A stretch of DNA of 46,554 nt from Capsulimonadales bacterium. GTDB taxonomy: Bacteria; Armatimonadota; Armatimonadia; Armatimonadales; Armatimonadaceae. The position numbers were made by a program, and so were the translations under genes. The stretch lies in contig JANRLW010000132.1 in assembly GCA_033762295.1 (NCBI GenBank), positions 1 through 46,554 on the forward strand. Direction: 5' to 3'. The notes beneath the pieces were generated by a model. That model searched no databases. It worked only from the letters and a program-made list of their open reading frames with translations, and was not told the origin of the DNA. Each line of letters starts with the position of its first letter. The stretch's first letter is position 1. This document shows positions 16,867 through 26,748 of the stretch, one piece after another.

Positions 16867-18909
16867 TCAATCCGGGGTCGGACCGGTATGCCATTTGCAG
16901 AGGTTCAGGCGGTTTCTGCCGACATGATCCCGGTCATACTGAATCCAGTCGAAGCTTTCATGCAGAAGGAAAAGCCCGTATCCGTGGGTCGGCAGGTTTT
17001 CGATATCCGGGCGGACGACGGATTCGGGCTGGAAGCGCTGCTCCCCCCAGTCCAGCAGGGAGATCCGAATGCCGTTCGTATAGGAGGCGATTTCGATCTG
17101 AACCGATCGATCGGTCGCTCCGCGGTAGGCGTGCAGCACGATATTATTGAACGCCTCGCTCAGACCGACCTCCATCAGGGTGCACTCATACTCCGTGAAG
17201 TAGGCCATTTGCGTGGCGACGATCTCCCGTAGCCACCGCCGTACCGCTTCCGCCTGATCGGGGTGACCGGGGAACTCCCGTCCGCACAGAAACGTCGGTA
17301 TGTCGGTCGGGAGCCCGATAAACCGCACCGCCAGACAGGTCAGATCATCGCTGAAGGCGTCCGAATCTCCTCCGGAAAAAGCTCGAACGGACTCGACGAT
17401 CCGTTCGACCAGCGTTTGCGGATGGAGGTTCGTATGTTCCGCCACGGTCGCCTGCAGCCGTTCGATCCCGAAAAGCTCGTCGCCGGTCTCGTCCGCCGCC
17501 TCCGTCACTCCGTCGGAGTAGAAAACGATGAGGTCCCCCGGTTCGATCCGGGTCGTTACCTGCCGGTAAACCTCCTCGTTTCGCATTCCGAGCGGCATGT
17601 TGTCTCCCTGCAGAGCGATCACCGTTCCGGTCGAGGCACGCCACAGGAGCGGCGGCGGGCTCCCGCAATCGACAAAGGTCAGACGTTGCGATTCCAGATC
17701 AAAACGGGCATACCCCAGGGTGATGAAGCTGTTCAACCGGCGGAGTTCGGGTGTCATCCGGTAATGAACCGTGGTCACTATCTCCTCCGGTTCGGGAAGA
17801 CGTCCGTGCCGGTGCATGGCGAACCCCAGTTGCCGTACCGCCCGTTGAAACTGGCTCTTCACCGCCGCGCCCAGCAGTGCGGCGGGAACGCCTTTGCCCA
17901 TCACGTCCCCGACCAGCACATCGATCCGGTGTTCGTCGTGGACGAAGACATCCGCATAGTCCCCGCCGATTCTGAGCGAGGGCATGGCAAAGACACCGAA
18001 GGCGATGCCGGCCAGGTCCTCCGGCGGTTCGCGCACCAGAAGCGTCCGCTGGATGCTCGCGCCGACCTCGATCTCCCGCGCGCGCGCGTCGGCCAGCGCC
18101 TCCTCGGCCATACGCTGCTCGGTGACATCGATTCCGACACCGACCAGGAACTCGACCGGGCCGGTCTTCTCGTGTATTGCGGCATACGCCCAGACAATCT
18201 GCCGACCGTCGCCTTCCGGGGTGAGGATCTGCCACTCGCGACGATGCGGAAACCGGTCGGGCGGTAACCCCTCGTCGAACAGCCTTTGAAAGTCCAGAAG
18301 GTCCGGTGCGGGCGGAAAGACGGCGAGAAACGGTTGACCGATCGCCTCTGCCGCCGGGCGGCCGGTCTTGATCTCGCAGGCGCGGTTGAACCGTACGATG
18401 CGCCCTGTGCCGTCCAGTACGAGGACCAGCGCTTCGGCCGTGTTCAGGACGGCGGAGATGAACGCATACTGTGAACGCAGTTCCTCCTCCGCCCGGTTCT
18501 GCGCGATCGCGTAACGGATCGATCGTTCCAGAGCGGTCGGGTCGAGTTGCCCCTTGACCAGATAGTCGGATGCGCCCTGGCGCAGTGCTTCCCGGTCCAC
18601 CGTCCGATCCTCCTGCCCGGTCAGCAACACGATCGGCAGGGTGATTCCCCGCTCCCGAACCCGTTTCAGAAGGTCGAGCCCGGTCATGCGCCGCAACCGG
18701 TAATCCAGCAGACAGATATCGTAGGGTTGCTCGACCAGACGGGTCAGCGCCTCCTCGCCCTGCGCGACCCATTCGACCTCGAACGAGAAGTCCTCGATCC
18801 GGCGCAAAAGGGAGCGAGCAAAGCGAAAGTCCTCCTCGTCGTCGTCCACGATCAGAATGCGCAGTCGCGTCGGCTCGTCGACCGCAACCGGCATTTCGTC
18901 GCCGCTCAC
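16867..18909 (-). CDS. Response regulator REC-PAS-PP2C (SpoIIE) phosphatase fused to an RsbW-like HATPase kinase
   Basis: LIVDDD...CLLDYRL...DYLVK REC; PAS; IGGDYAD, GDVMGKG, FYSDGVTEA, SDDLT PP2C; C-terminal SEAFNNIVLHAY...DWG...HGYGLFL. Confidence 0.93.
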   Translation of the reverse strand: MSGDEMPVAVDEPTRLRILIVDDDEEDFRFARSLLRRIEDFSFEVEWVAQGEEALTRLVEQPYDICLLDYRLRRMTGLDLLKRVRERGITLPIVLLTGQEDRTVDREALRQGASDYLVKGQLDPTALERSIRYAIAQNRAEEELRSQYAFISAVLNTAEALVLVLDGTGRIVRFNRACEIKTGRPAAEAIGQPFLAVFPPAPDLLDFQRLFDEGLPPDRFPHRREWQILTPEGDGRQIVWAYAAIHEKTGPVEFLVGVGIDVTEQRMAEEALADARAREIEVGASIQRTLLVREPPEDLAGIAFGVFAMPSLRIGGDYADVFVHDEHRIDVLVGDVMGKGVPAALLGAAVKSQFQRAVRQLGFAMHRHGRLPEPEEIVTTVHYRMTPELRRLNSFITLGYARFDLESQRLTFVDCGSPPPLLWRASTGTVIALQGDNMPLGMRNEEVYRQVTTRIEPGDLIVFYSDGVTEAADETGDELFGIERLQATVAEHTNLHPQTLVERIVESVRAFSGGDSDAFSDDLTCLAVRFIGLPTDIPTFLCGREFPGHPDQAEAVRRWLREIVATQMAYFTEYECTLMEVGLSEAFNNIVLHAYRGATDRSVQIEIASYTNGIRISLLDWGEQRFQPESVVRPDIENLPTHGYGLFLLHESFDWIQYDRDHVGRNRLNLCKWHTGPTPD

Positions 18910-21900
18910 GAGAGAGCGGTTCCTTCCACGCCCGACGGGGGCGGTTGTTCCGCCGGCAGCAGGATCGTGAACGTCGCCCCTTCGCCGGGTACGCCGACCG
19001 CCCGGATCACGCCACGATGCCGTTCCACAATCTTCCGGCAGATCGCCAGACCGATACCGGTGCCTTCGTACGCGCCCGGTTCATGCAGACGTTCGAACAC
19101 ATCGAAGATCTGCTCGTTATAGTTCGGTTCAAATCCGATGCCGTTATCGCAGACGACGATACGCCACCAGACCTCCTCGTCCCGTCGTTCGGTTTCCGCC
19201 GTGACGCGTATCAGGGGCGGCACGCCGGGCCGATGGAATTTCAGCGCGTTCCCGATCAGATTCTGGAAGAGTTGACGCATCTGCGTACCGTCCGCCCGAA
19301 GGGTCGGCAGCGGCCCGATCTCGATGCGTCCGGCGGTCTCTCGCAGCCGTACCTCCAGGTCCTCCGTCACTTCCTGAAGAACGGTTTCCAGTCGAACGGC
19401 GGAAAAGGGTTTGGCCTTGGAAGTGACCCGCGCGAAACGCAAAAGGTCATTGATCAGGTTGCTCATCCGTCGGGCGGCATTCAGAATGGAGTTCAGGTAA
19501 GCCTGGGACGTCGGCGGCAATGAGTCGCCTGCGTCCGCCTGCAGACGATCGCCGAACATCCGGATTTTGCGCAGCGGTTCCTGAAGGTCGTGCGAGGCGA
19601 CGGAGGCGAAGTGATCGAGATCCCGGTTACTGCGCCGCAACTCGTCCGTCAGGGCACGCAGCCGCTCCTCCGCCCGCTTTCGTTCCGTGATGTCCCGATA
19701 GAGCCAGAGATGTCCCCGATACCCGCCGTTGACATGGATCGGCACGTAGTCTCGCTCAAGAACGATCCCGGAAGCCATGCGGACCTCCTCGGAGGTCGCG
19801 GCTTCGCGGTTTTCCAGCAGGGCGTTCACGCGACGAACGAACGCTTCCGGATCGGCGAACAGCCCCTTGGAGGTTTCGGCGGCCTGCGAACAATCCGCGC
19901 CGACCAGCACCTCCGGCGGCGCGGGTATCCCGAACCGCTCGCAGAACTGCTCGTTGGCCAGAACGATTCGCCGGTTTTCATCCTCGACCAGCACCCCGGC
20001 GCGGAAGTTGGTGATCAGGGCCGCGAGACGCGCCTCGCTGCGGCGCAGCGCCTCCTCGGATTCGCGACGCTGTGTCACATCCTCCAGCGTGCTCAGCACC
20101 TGCGTGACCGGGCCGCCCGACCCGATTCCGCTCCGCTGAAAGACCGTATCCCGTCCGCGCAGCCAGCGCCACTCGCCGGAGGCATGCCGTATCCGGTACT
20201 CCACCTCCGAAATCTCCCCGTCCTTCAGATCGGCCAGACGCTCAAAATACCGTTCCGCCCGCAACGCATCCTCCGGATGGATCAACGACAGGAGACGGCG
20301 ATCGTCAAAGGCGGCATCCTCCTCCGCCGGGTAACCCAACTCGGCGGGAAGCGAGCGATTGCTCCAGACGATGCGACGGCTTTCGGACTCCTGGATCCGG
20401 ATGATATGCGGGGCCGTCTCCGTGATCTGCCGGATATGGCGGTTCGCCTGTTCCAGGGCGCGCAGCGTCATCTGCCGTTCGGCCTCGATCCGTCGTCGCT
20501 CGGTAATGTCGATCCCGGCGGAGATGATGTAGCGGATTTTGCCATTCTCGTCCCGCAGAGCCGTATTCGACCAGAAAAGGATACGTTCGTTCCCGTCCCG
20601 ATCGAAAAGCGGCGCTTCATACTGCTGTGACTGCCAGGAATCGTCAAAATTCTCCCAGAACCGCTGTGCGTCGATCCGTTCCTGCGGCGGGTAGAACGGC
20701 ATCTCCCACAAAGGTCGCCCGAGCGCCTCCTGTGCGGAAACGCCGGTCGCCTCCTCGCAGGCACGGTTGAACGTAAAGAGCCGTCCGTTGCGGTCCAGCA
20801 CCATGACCGGGGTGCCCACCGTCTCCAGAATCGCCTGATTGAAGGCGTTCTGCGACCGCAGGAGTTCCTCGGATTGTCGGCGCGCCGTGATATCTCGCAG
20901 GTAGGCCGTAAACATCGGGCGTTCCTGGCCGGAAATGACCGAGATCGCGATTTCGACCGGAAACTCCCGTCCGTCCCGATGCAGTGCGGGAATCTCGATC
21001 CGCCGTCCCAGAACCGGCCCCTCGCCGGTTCGCAGGTACCGCTCCAGTCCCTGTCGATGGGCTTCGCGCAGCGACGGCGGAACAATATGGTCGACCAGCG
21101 GTTTCCCGAGAACTTCCGTCGCCGTAAAACCGAACGTTCGTTCGGCCGCCGGGTTAAAGTCGGTGATTCGCCCCCGGTCATCCATGGTGATGATGCAGTC
21201 CAGCGCCGCCTCAAGAATGGCGGCCTTGCGCATCTCACTTGCCCGAACCCGCTGTTCGGCCGCCCGTCGCTCGGTGATATCGGTCAGCGTCCCGGAAGTG
21301 CCGAGAATCGCTCCCGCCTCGTCCAGAGTCAGTCGTGCGAACACCTCGACCCAGCGGTAACCGCCATCCCGACACAGGTAACGAACGGCGTGTCGGCAGT
21401 ACTCTTTCTCCCGGGCGATCAGCGGCGCGAACAGCTTCGCGTTGCGTTCCCGGTCCTCCGGATGGACATAATCGAGGAAAGTGCGTCCCAGGGTTTCCTC
21501 GACGGAGAAGCCGGTCAATTCCGACCATGCCGGGTTGAGGAAGACCCAGTGTCCCTCGGCGTCCGTCCGAAAGACGACATCCTTCAGGTTGTCGACCACC
21601 CCCTGGATGAAGTCTCGTTCCCGGCGGTATTGCGCTTCCGACTGCTGTGCGGCCGCAAGATTTCGCCCGGAGGTGTCCCGGCGATTGTGTCGGTCGATCT
21701 CGCTCTCGATCATCCCTCCGAGGTCGGCCAGGGATTCCGCGTCCCGGTCGCTCCATTCCCGGGGGGCGGTGTCGAGGACGAACAGCGCGCCCACTCCCTT
21801 GCCTTCCGGCGTCCGGATCGGCACTCCCAGGCAGGCGACGCCCCCCGGGATCGGCAACGTCCCCTCGCTCTCCCGGCGGATATCCGTGATCCGTACCTCC

Positions 21901-22145
21901 TCTCCGTCGAGAAGGCGTTCCGTCAGCGAGCCGACCAGCGGGTATTCCGTCCACGGCGGAGCGCACCCGGCCACGCTTTTGACGGATTGCCGCCGCTCCT
22001 CCGTCGCCACGAGCAGGGCGAAAGGCGCAGAGAGAAGGCGTACCGCCAGTCGTGTGCAACGATCGAACGCCGGTTCGAAGCCCGATTCCGGAATCGGGTC
22101 GAGACCTTGCGAGGGGTTGGCTGAATGTCTGGCAGGGACGGACAT
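18906..22145 (-). CDS. Soluble GAF + 5 PAS sensor histidine kinase
   Basis: GAF (FDRCTRLA...VGALFVLDTAPREWS), five PAS/PAC units, H-box ASHDLQEPLRKI, NLIGNALKF, DNGIGF, GTGIGLAIC; 4-bp overlap with the downstream regulator. Confidence 0.95.
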   Translation of the reverse strand: MSVPARHSANPSQGLDPIPESGFEPAFDRCTRLAVRLLSAPFALLVATEERRQSVKSVAGCAPPWTEYPLVGSLTERLLDGEEVRITDIRRESEGTLPIPGGVACLGVPIRTPEGKGVGALFVLDTAPREWSDRDAESLADLGGMIESEIDRHNRRDTSGRNLAAAQQSEAQYRRERDFIQGVVDNLKDVVFRTDAEGHWVFLNPAWSELTGFSVEETLGRTFLDYVHPEDRERNAKLFAPLIAREKEYCRHAVRYLCRDGGYRWVEVFARLTLDEAGAILGTSGTLTDITERRAAEQRVRASEMRKAAILEAALDCIITMDDRGRITDFNPAAERTFGFTATEVLGKPLVDHIVPPSLREAHRQGLERYLRTGEGPVLGRRIEIPALHRDGREFPVEIAISVISGQERPMFTAYLRDITARRQSEELLRSQNAFNQAILETVGTPVMVLDRNGRLFTFNRACEEATGVSAQEALGRPLWEMPFYPPQERIDAQRFWENFDDSWQSQQYEAPLFDRDGNERILFWSNTALRDENGKIRYIISAGIDITERRRIEAERQMTLRALEQANRHIRQITETAPHIIRIQESESRRIVWSNRSLPAELGYPAEEDAAFDDRRLLSLIHPEDALRAERYFERLADLKDGEISEVEYRIRHASGEWRWLRGRDTVFQRSGIGSGGPVTQVLSTLEDVTQRRESEEALRRSEARLAALITNFRAGVLVEDENRRIVLANEQFCERFGIPAPPEVLVGADCSQAAETSKGLFADPEAFVRRVNALLENREAATSEEVRMASGIVLERDYVPIHVNGGYRGHLWLYRDITERKRAEERLRALTDELRRSNRDLDHFASVASHDLQEPLRKIRMFGDRLQADAGDSLPPTSQAYLNSILNAARRMSNLINDLLRFARVTSKAKPFSAVRLETVLQEVTEDLEVRLRETAGRIEIGPLPTLRADGTQMRQLFQNLIGNALKFHRPGVPPLIRVTAETERRDEEVWWRIVVCDNGIGFEPNYNEQIFDVFERLHEPGAYEGTGIGLAICRKIVERHRGVIRAVGVPGEGATFTILLPAEQPPPSGVEGTALS

Positions 22146-22345
22146 AGCGTCAGGGGACCTTCTTCGCCCTCTCCGAAACAGTTCTCGGACCGGCCTGCGG
22201 GCGGGCCTCCGGCGTCGGATTTTTTCTTCGTCCCGATAACATAGTGGTCCTTGCCTATGCTAATTCAAGAGCATTAAACTTGCGTTAAACGTCACCGGAT
22301 CGGGCGCTAATTGAATTATGGTCGGGGACGTTTGTCGGTGCAGGG

Positions 22346-22385
22346 CAAAAACAACCGTCCCCGACCGTGAGTTTGTCGGGGACGG
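22346..22385 (-). terminator. Intrinsic terminator after the surface-protein gene
   Basis: Minus strand CCGTCCCCGAC-N9-GTCGGGGACGG followed by TTGTTTTT. Confidence 0.75.
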
Positions 22386-22408
22386 AGACAGTGGGCCGGA
22401 GTCCGGAA

Positions 22409-24154
22409 TTAATGTTTGCTGGTAATCCGGAGATGACCGGTCGCGGGATCGTAATCGATATGGACGTCCAGGGCTTCCCGAACGAAGGAGAGCGGCACGA
22501 TTGTCCGACCCCGTTCCAGAGTGGCCTTTCGATCCATCGTGACGTTCTCTCCGTTGACCCGCGCCTGTTTCCTGCCGACGGAGATGACGATTTCACGGTC
22601 GGTGTTGACGGCGCGAACGGTTTGCGTGTGCTTCACCCACATGACCTGTCCGCCGGTATGCTCGAAGATCTGCCGGAACGGTGCGATCGGCAATCCCTTT
22701 TCGACACGGGGACGAACATCGAAGGCGATCCGCCGCCCGTCAAACGCGATTTGCAGCGGCGCGGCCTCGGTGATTCCGGCCAGCGTCGGGGAGAGCGTCC
22801 GGGTGAACTGCGGCCGCAGACTGACCCGGGGCTTTGCAAGGGACGTTTTATGCGGAGCGACCGGCACCAGACCCATCGGCGGCCGGGCGACGCTGACACG
22901 GACTGCGGCGGGCGCGGACATCACCTTGGGGGCAGCGGGGGCCGCCAGGCTGACACCGTGCGCGACCCGCTTCACCGCGGTCATGGTCGGATGGGAGTGG
23001 GCGGGCAGTAGCTCGGAAACGGCGGCCGGGCGCGCGGGGGCGGCCAGGAGATCCGCCGGGGTCGGCGCGGCCGTCAGCGTGGTGGCGCGGTTGATTCCGG
23101 CGACCGGGGACGCGGGGCGAACCAGGTCGGCGATGGTGGTACGGACGGCCTCGCCGGTCGTCAGCAGCGCGGTCGCGGTGCGGACGGCGGTCGCCGGGCG
23201 GATACGGCGCGGAGTCCAGGTCCGGACGGCGTCGGTTTTCGTCGTGACGGCCTCCGAAACGGTCGGCGCGGCGAAGGCCCGCAGTCCGCTCGCCGCCAGC
23301 GACGCGGCGGAACGCGCGGTCACGGCAGGACTTTTCCGGATCGGGATCGCGACCGGGCGAGCGGTCGATGTGACCGCGCTCACGGGAGCCTGCTGCCGGG
23401 CGCGGGACAGGTCGGGGATTTCGCGATTGATTTCCGTGTTTCCACCCGGGTTATCGACGAAGACACGAACGCGGCGCGTCGTCGAGGCGTTGCTGGCGTC
23501 GAGATACCCCATCGCCTCGATCGTATGGTAGCCGTTCTCGACGGTGGTCGTGTCCCAGTTAAAGGTATACGGCGGATAGTTCTTGAGGGTTTTGAACTGC
23601 TTGTCGACGTAGAAGGTGACGTAGGGATTCGCGCCGTTGCGCGGTTTGGCGTCCAGTTGCAGTTCGACGATTCCGGAGACGCGCTTGTTGTCCCCGGGGT
23701 TGAGAAACTTCATCTCCGGTCCGGACGCGCTGTCCTCCCGGGCCGGGGCGATCGGTCGGCTCACCGGCAGCGTGATCGATTTCTCGGACGTCCCGCCCTG
23801 CGCGTCGAAAACGCGCACCAGGAAGGTATGCTTTCCTTCGGTCAGCGTCGACGCATCGACATCGAAAGAGAGAACATTCCTCACCTGCGGGGCATCGAGA
23901 TCGCGCCGTACCCAGCGCACGCCGTCCACCCACAGTTCCGCCGTGGTAATCGCCGCCTCGGTTCGGCTTTTGAACGAGACATCCAGCGCAAAGGAACCGG
24001 CGGCCAGCGATTCTCCGGCACGCGGGCTCAGGATACGCAGGTCGGCGGCGGTCTGCGCCGCCACCGGCGACGCCAGAAACATCGGCGACGCGGCGAGCGC
24101 GGCGGGCATTGCGAGCGAGAACGCGGCATCCGTCAGCCGCTTGCGATTTGCCAT
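22409..24154 (-). CDS. Exported protein: two Ig-like (Big_7-like) domains, an Ala/Pro/Thr linker and a copper-amine-oxidase N-terminal-like domain
   Basis: Signal peptide; ELWVDG...DASTLTEGKHT; TFYVD...PPYTFNWDTTTVENGYHTI; C-terminal APFRQIFEHTGGQVMW...GRTIVPLSFVREALDVHIDYD. Confidence 0.85.
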   Translation of the reverse strand: MANRKRLTDAAFSLAMPAALAASPMFLASPVAAQTAADLRILSPRAGESLAAGSFALDVSFKSRTEAAITTAELWVDGVRWVRRDLDAPQVRNVLSFDVDASTLTEGKHTFLVRVFDAQGGTSEKSITLPVSRPIAPAREDSASGPEMKFLNPGDNKRVSGIVELQLDAKPRNGANPYVTFYVDKQFKTLKNYPPYTFNWDTTTVENGYHTIEAMGYLDASNASTTRRVRVFVDNPGGNTEINREIPDLSRARQQAPVSAVTSTARPVAIPIRKSPAVTARSAASLAASGLRAFAAPTVSEAVTTKTDAVRTWTPRRIRPATAVRTATALLTTGEAVRTTIADLVRPASPVAGINRATTLTAAPTPADLLAAPARPAAVSELLPAHSHPTMTAVKRVAHGVSLAAPAAPKVMSAPAAVRVSVARPPMGLVPVAPHKTSLAKPRVSLRPQFTRTLSPTLAGITEAAPLQIAFDGRRIAFDVRPRVEKGLPIAPFRQIFEHTGGQVMWVKHTQTVRAVNTDREIVISVGRKQARVNGENVTMDRKATLERGRTIVPLSFVREALDVHIDYDPATGHLRITSKH

Positions 24155-24401
24155 ATTCTGTCCCCCTGAAGCAGCGGCGGCGCACGTTCCGCCCGCCTAT
24201 CGGGCCGAAACGGTCCCGATGGACCGACCGCTGTTCTCGTTTGTTCGTTGATTCAGGAATGTTTTTCAATTTTCCTTCCCGCCCCCGATTTTTTTTCACC
24301 GGGGATGGTTCCGGACGCAACCATTGCCGGCAGGTAAGACACCAATACGCAGGGAATATGTCCCTCCGGGGCCGCTCCCCGCACCGAAAGGAATCCTCCT
24401 C

Positions 24402-24833
24402 ATGTATCGCCGCCGAATCGTCGCTCCGCTCGCCCTTCTCGTCCTGCCTCTCCTCGCCGGATGCGCCCCCTCGCCGGTCGGCAAATGGAAGATGGCGACC
24501 TCCGCCAACGGTATGACCGTCACCGGGACCATGGAATTCCGGCAAAACGGGACGCTCTCCCAGACCCTCAACGCACCGATGGCCGGCGAGGTCAAGGCGT
24601 CGGGCACCTACAAGACCAACGGCGACAAGATGGAAATCCAGGTGACCGATGTCGAACTGGGCCAGCAGGCGATGGCGATGGTCCCCCCCGCCATGCAGGA
24701 CACCATTCGGAAGCAGATCAAGGAAGGAATCGCCAAGAACGGGAAGCAGGAGACGACCTTCAAGATCGAGAACGACAAAATGACCCTGACCCGTGACGGT
24801 CAGTCCATGACCATGGACCGGGTCAAGGAGTAA
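24402..24833 (+). CDS. Lipoprotein (lipocalin-like beta-barrel suggested)
   Basis: Lipobox LLAG-C followed by SPVGKWK; GTYKTNGDK. Confidence 0.85.
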   Translation: MYRRRIVAPLALLVLPLLAGCAPSPVGKWKMATSANGMTVTGTMEFRQNGTLSQTLNAPMAGEVKASGTYKTNGDKMEIQVTDVELGQQAMAMVPPAMQDTIRKQIKEGIAKNGKQETTFKIENDKMTLTRDGQSMTMDRVKE

Positions 24834-25884
24834 CCGCTCCGCGCAGACGGCGATTCAGGAACTCGAACGCTCCTTTTCCGTGGAAGACGTGGTCGTTCTC
24901 GAACACCTCACGGTCGAGGTTTTCGGGAACGCGCAGTCGTTCGAAGATTTGTCGCACGTAACGCGTCGCCTTTTCAAAACCGTGCAACGGAAAGATCGAA
25001 TCCCGCGTTCCCGACTCGGCGAACAGGAGGCGCGGGGCGATCAGTCCGGCGACATCCGGCATTTCGCACAGGGTCAAAATCCCCGGAGCGAAGTTGTCGA
25101 CACAGTGCGGCACCGCCAGAATCGAGTCGGCAAAGGTATTCAGGTACCCGGAGACGACGCACGCCGCGACCCGGACATCGAGCGCCGCCGTGAAGAGCGC
25201 CGTCGTCCCGCCGCCGCTGATCCCCAGAACGGCGATCCGCTTCGGGTCGACCTCCGGACGCGTCGCCAGATAATCGATCGCCCGCATCGCGTCCCAGACC
25301 CGCCAGCCGATCATACACTCGCCGAGCGTCAACGCCGCCATGCTGTCCCGAACGCAGGAGGACGCTCCGGGTCCCTCCTTTCGCGCCCGTTCGTCGCGCC
25401 GATGGCCGAAACTGATCTGCTCCAGGGCGAACGTCGGAAACCCCCGGGCCACGCATTGCAGGGCGAAATCGGCCTGATACTCGCCCCACTCGCCCAATCC
25501 ACGCTGCGAACCGTCCTCCGCGATCCCGACAATCGAATCGACGCCCCGGCCATGCCCCGGCAGGCAGAGCGCGGCGGGCGAGTTCGGCGGGCAGTCATCC
25601 GGGATCAACAGGTAGCCGAACGCGGTCAGATTCGGGCGGGTGGTAAAGGTGACGGTCTCCCGCCGGTATCCGTCCAGCCGCACCGTTTCGTGAACGACCG
25701 GTTCGAGCGGTTCCCGGACGGTCAGGTTGAGGGGTTTCAACTGCATCCGGAGGTTTTGCCGCAGTATCTCCTGCCAGTCCTCCGGCCTCAGTCCCGGCTC
25801 CTCACCGACCATCGTCGCCCAGGCGAGTCGCGGCCGGTTCTCGGCCACCCGACGGGCGGCGTACGCCCGCATATCCAGTTCCAT
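24823..25884 (-). CDS. Alpha/beta hydrolase (Abhydrolase_7 / dienelactone-hydrolase-like esterase)
   Basis: LCLPGHG, WDAMRAIDYL.TRPEVD, nucleophile elbow GISGGG, LIAPR, DH.F. An alternative GTG start exists at 25941. Confidence 0.88.
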   Translation of the reverse strand: MELDMRAYAARRVAENRPRLAWATMVGEEPGLRPEDWQEILRQNLRMQLKPLNLTVREPLEPVVHETVRLDGYRRETVTFTTRPNLTAFGYLLIPDDCPPNSPAALCLPGHGRGVDSIVGIAEDGSQRGLGEWGEYQADFALQCVARGFPTFALEQISFGHRRDERARKEGPGASSCVRDSMAALTLGECMIGWRVWDAMRAIDYLATRPEVDPKRIAVLGISGGGTTALFTAALDVRVAACVVSGYLNTFADSILAVPHCVDNFAPGILTLCEMPDVAGLIAPRLLFAESGTRDSIFPLHGFEKATRYVRQIFERLRVPENLDREVFENDHVFHGKGAFEFLNRRLRGAVTP

Positions 25885-25927
25885 GTCGCGTCCATCCTCT
25901 CCCGACCGGCTCCCGACCGGCTCCCGA

Positions 25928-26701
25928 TCAGCCAACCACAACCTTCGTCGCCTGCCAGTCCGTCGCCAGCCAGTCCGTTGCGGCCCGCGCCATGGCGGGC
26001 GGAAAATCCCGGTGCGTCAGACCGGGGTAACGCTTCAGGGAGACGCGTCCGGAGGCGTCGCCATATGCGTCCCGTAGCGCGGCATACAGTCGTTCGGCTC
26101 CGGTGAACGGGACCGTTTCATCCTGCTCACCGTGTATCAGCAGCACCGGGCGCGGGGCGAACTCGGCGGCGCGCGCCACCACATCGGCCCGGGCGGATAG
26201 TTCGCGCACCTCCGCCGACGCCTCCTCGGCCACCGGAAAACGCGCCGTATCGATGCTTCCGGCGATATTGACCACCGCCTCGATCCGCGGATCGTTCAGG
26301 GCCGCCTGCAGCGCGATATAACCGCCCATGGAGTGGCCGACGACCGCGCCTCGGGTCAGTTCGAAATAATCCGCCAGTTGTCGGAGTTCGGCGACCGAGG
26401 CGACGACCGTGCGAAGGAATGCCCCGGCGAATCCGGGGGCGGAACGGGGGCCGAACAGCAGATCGGTATCGTCGGCGCGACGCTCTCCGTGACCGGCGAC
26501 ATCGAACGCGCAGGCGCGGAAACCGGCGTCGGTCAGGCGCAGACAGAGATCGAGGTGGCGTTCCTTTCGGGACGCCAGGCCATGGATGACGAAGACGAAC
26601 GGCGGATCGCTCCGTTCCTCTTCCACGCTCCGGTAGACGAGGGCCGGGATCTCCCCGACCTCATGTCGCTCGATGGTCACCCGATAGGTCGCCGCCAGCA
26701 T
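25928..26701 (-). CDS. Alpha/beta hydrolase (esterase)
   Basis: IHGL, GHSMGG, LIHGEQDETVP, YPGLTH. Confidence 0.88.
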   Translation of the reverse strand: MLAATYRVTIERHEVGEIPALVYRSVEEERSDPPFVFVIHGLASRKERHLDLCLRLTDAGFRACAFDVAGHGERRADDTDLLFGPRSAPGFAGAFLRTVVASVAELRQLADYFELTRGAVVGHSMGGYIALQAALNDPRIEAVVNIAGSIDTARFPVAEEASAEVRELSARADVVARAAEFAPRPVLLIHGEQDETVPFTGAERLYAALRDAYGDASGRVSLKRYPGLTHRDFPPAMARAATDWLATDWQATKVVVG

Positions 26702-26748
26702 CCGTTCGCCTCTCGCCTCCGTTGCCGCGCGTCGTTCGTGGCGGCGTG

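Noticed and set aside
16855..16879. 11-bp tandem duplication (GTCAATCCGGG x2) at the PP2C stop codon
   Set aside because: Only two copies, probably slippage. It is closer to the -24 element than a typical enhancer site, and there is no other support.
25899..25926. CTCCCGACCGG x ~2.5 between the hydrolase genes
   Set aside because: Short GC-rich slippage repeat with no spacers; not CRISPR-like.
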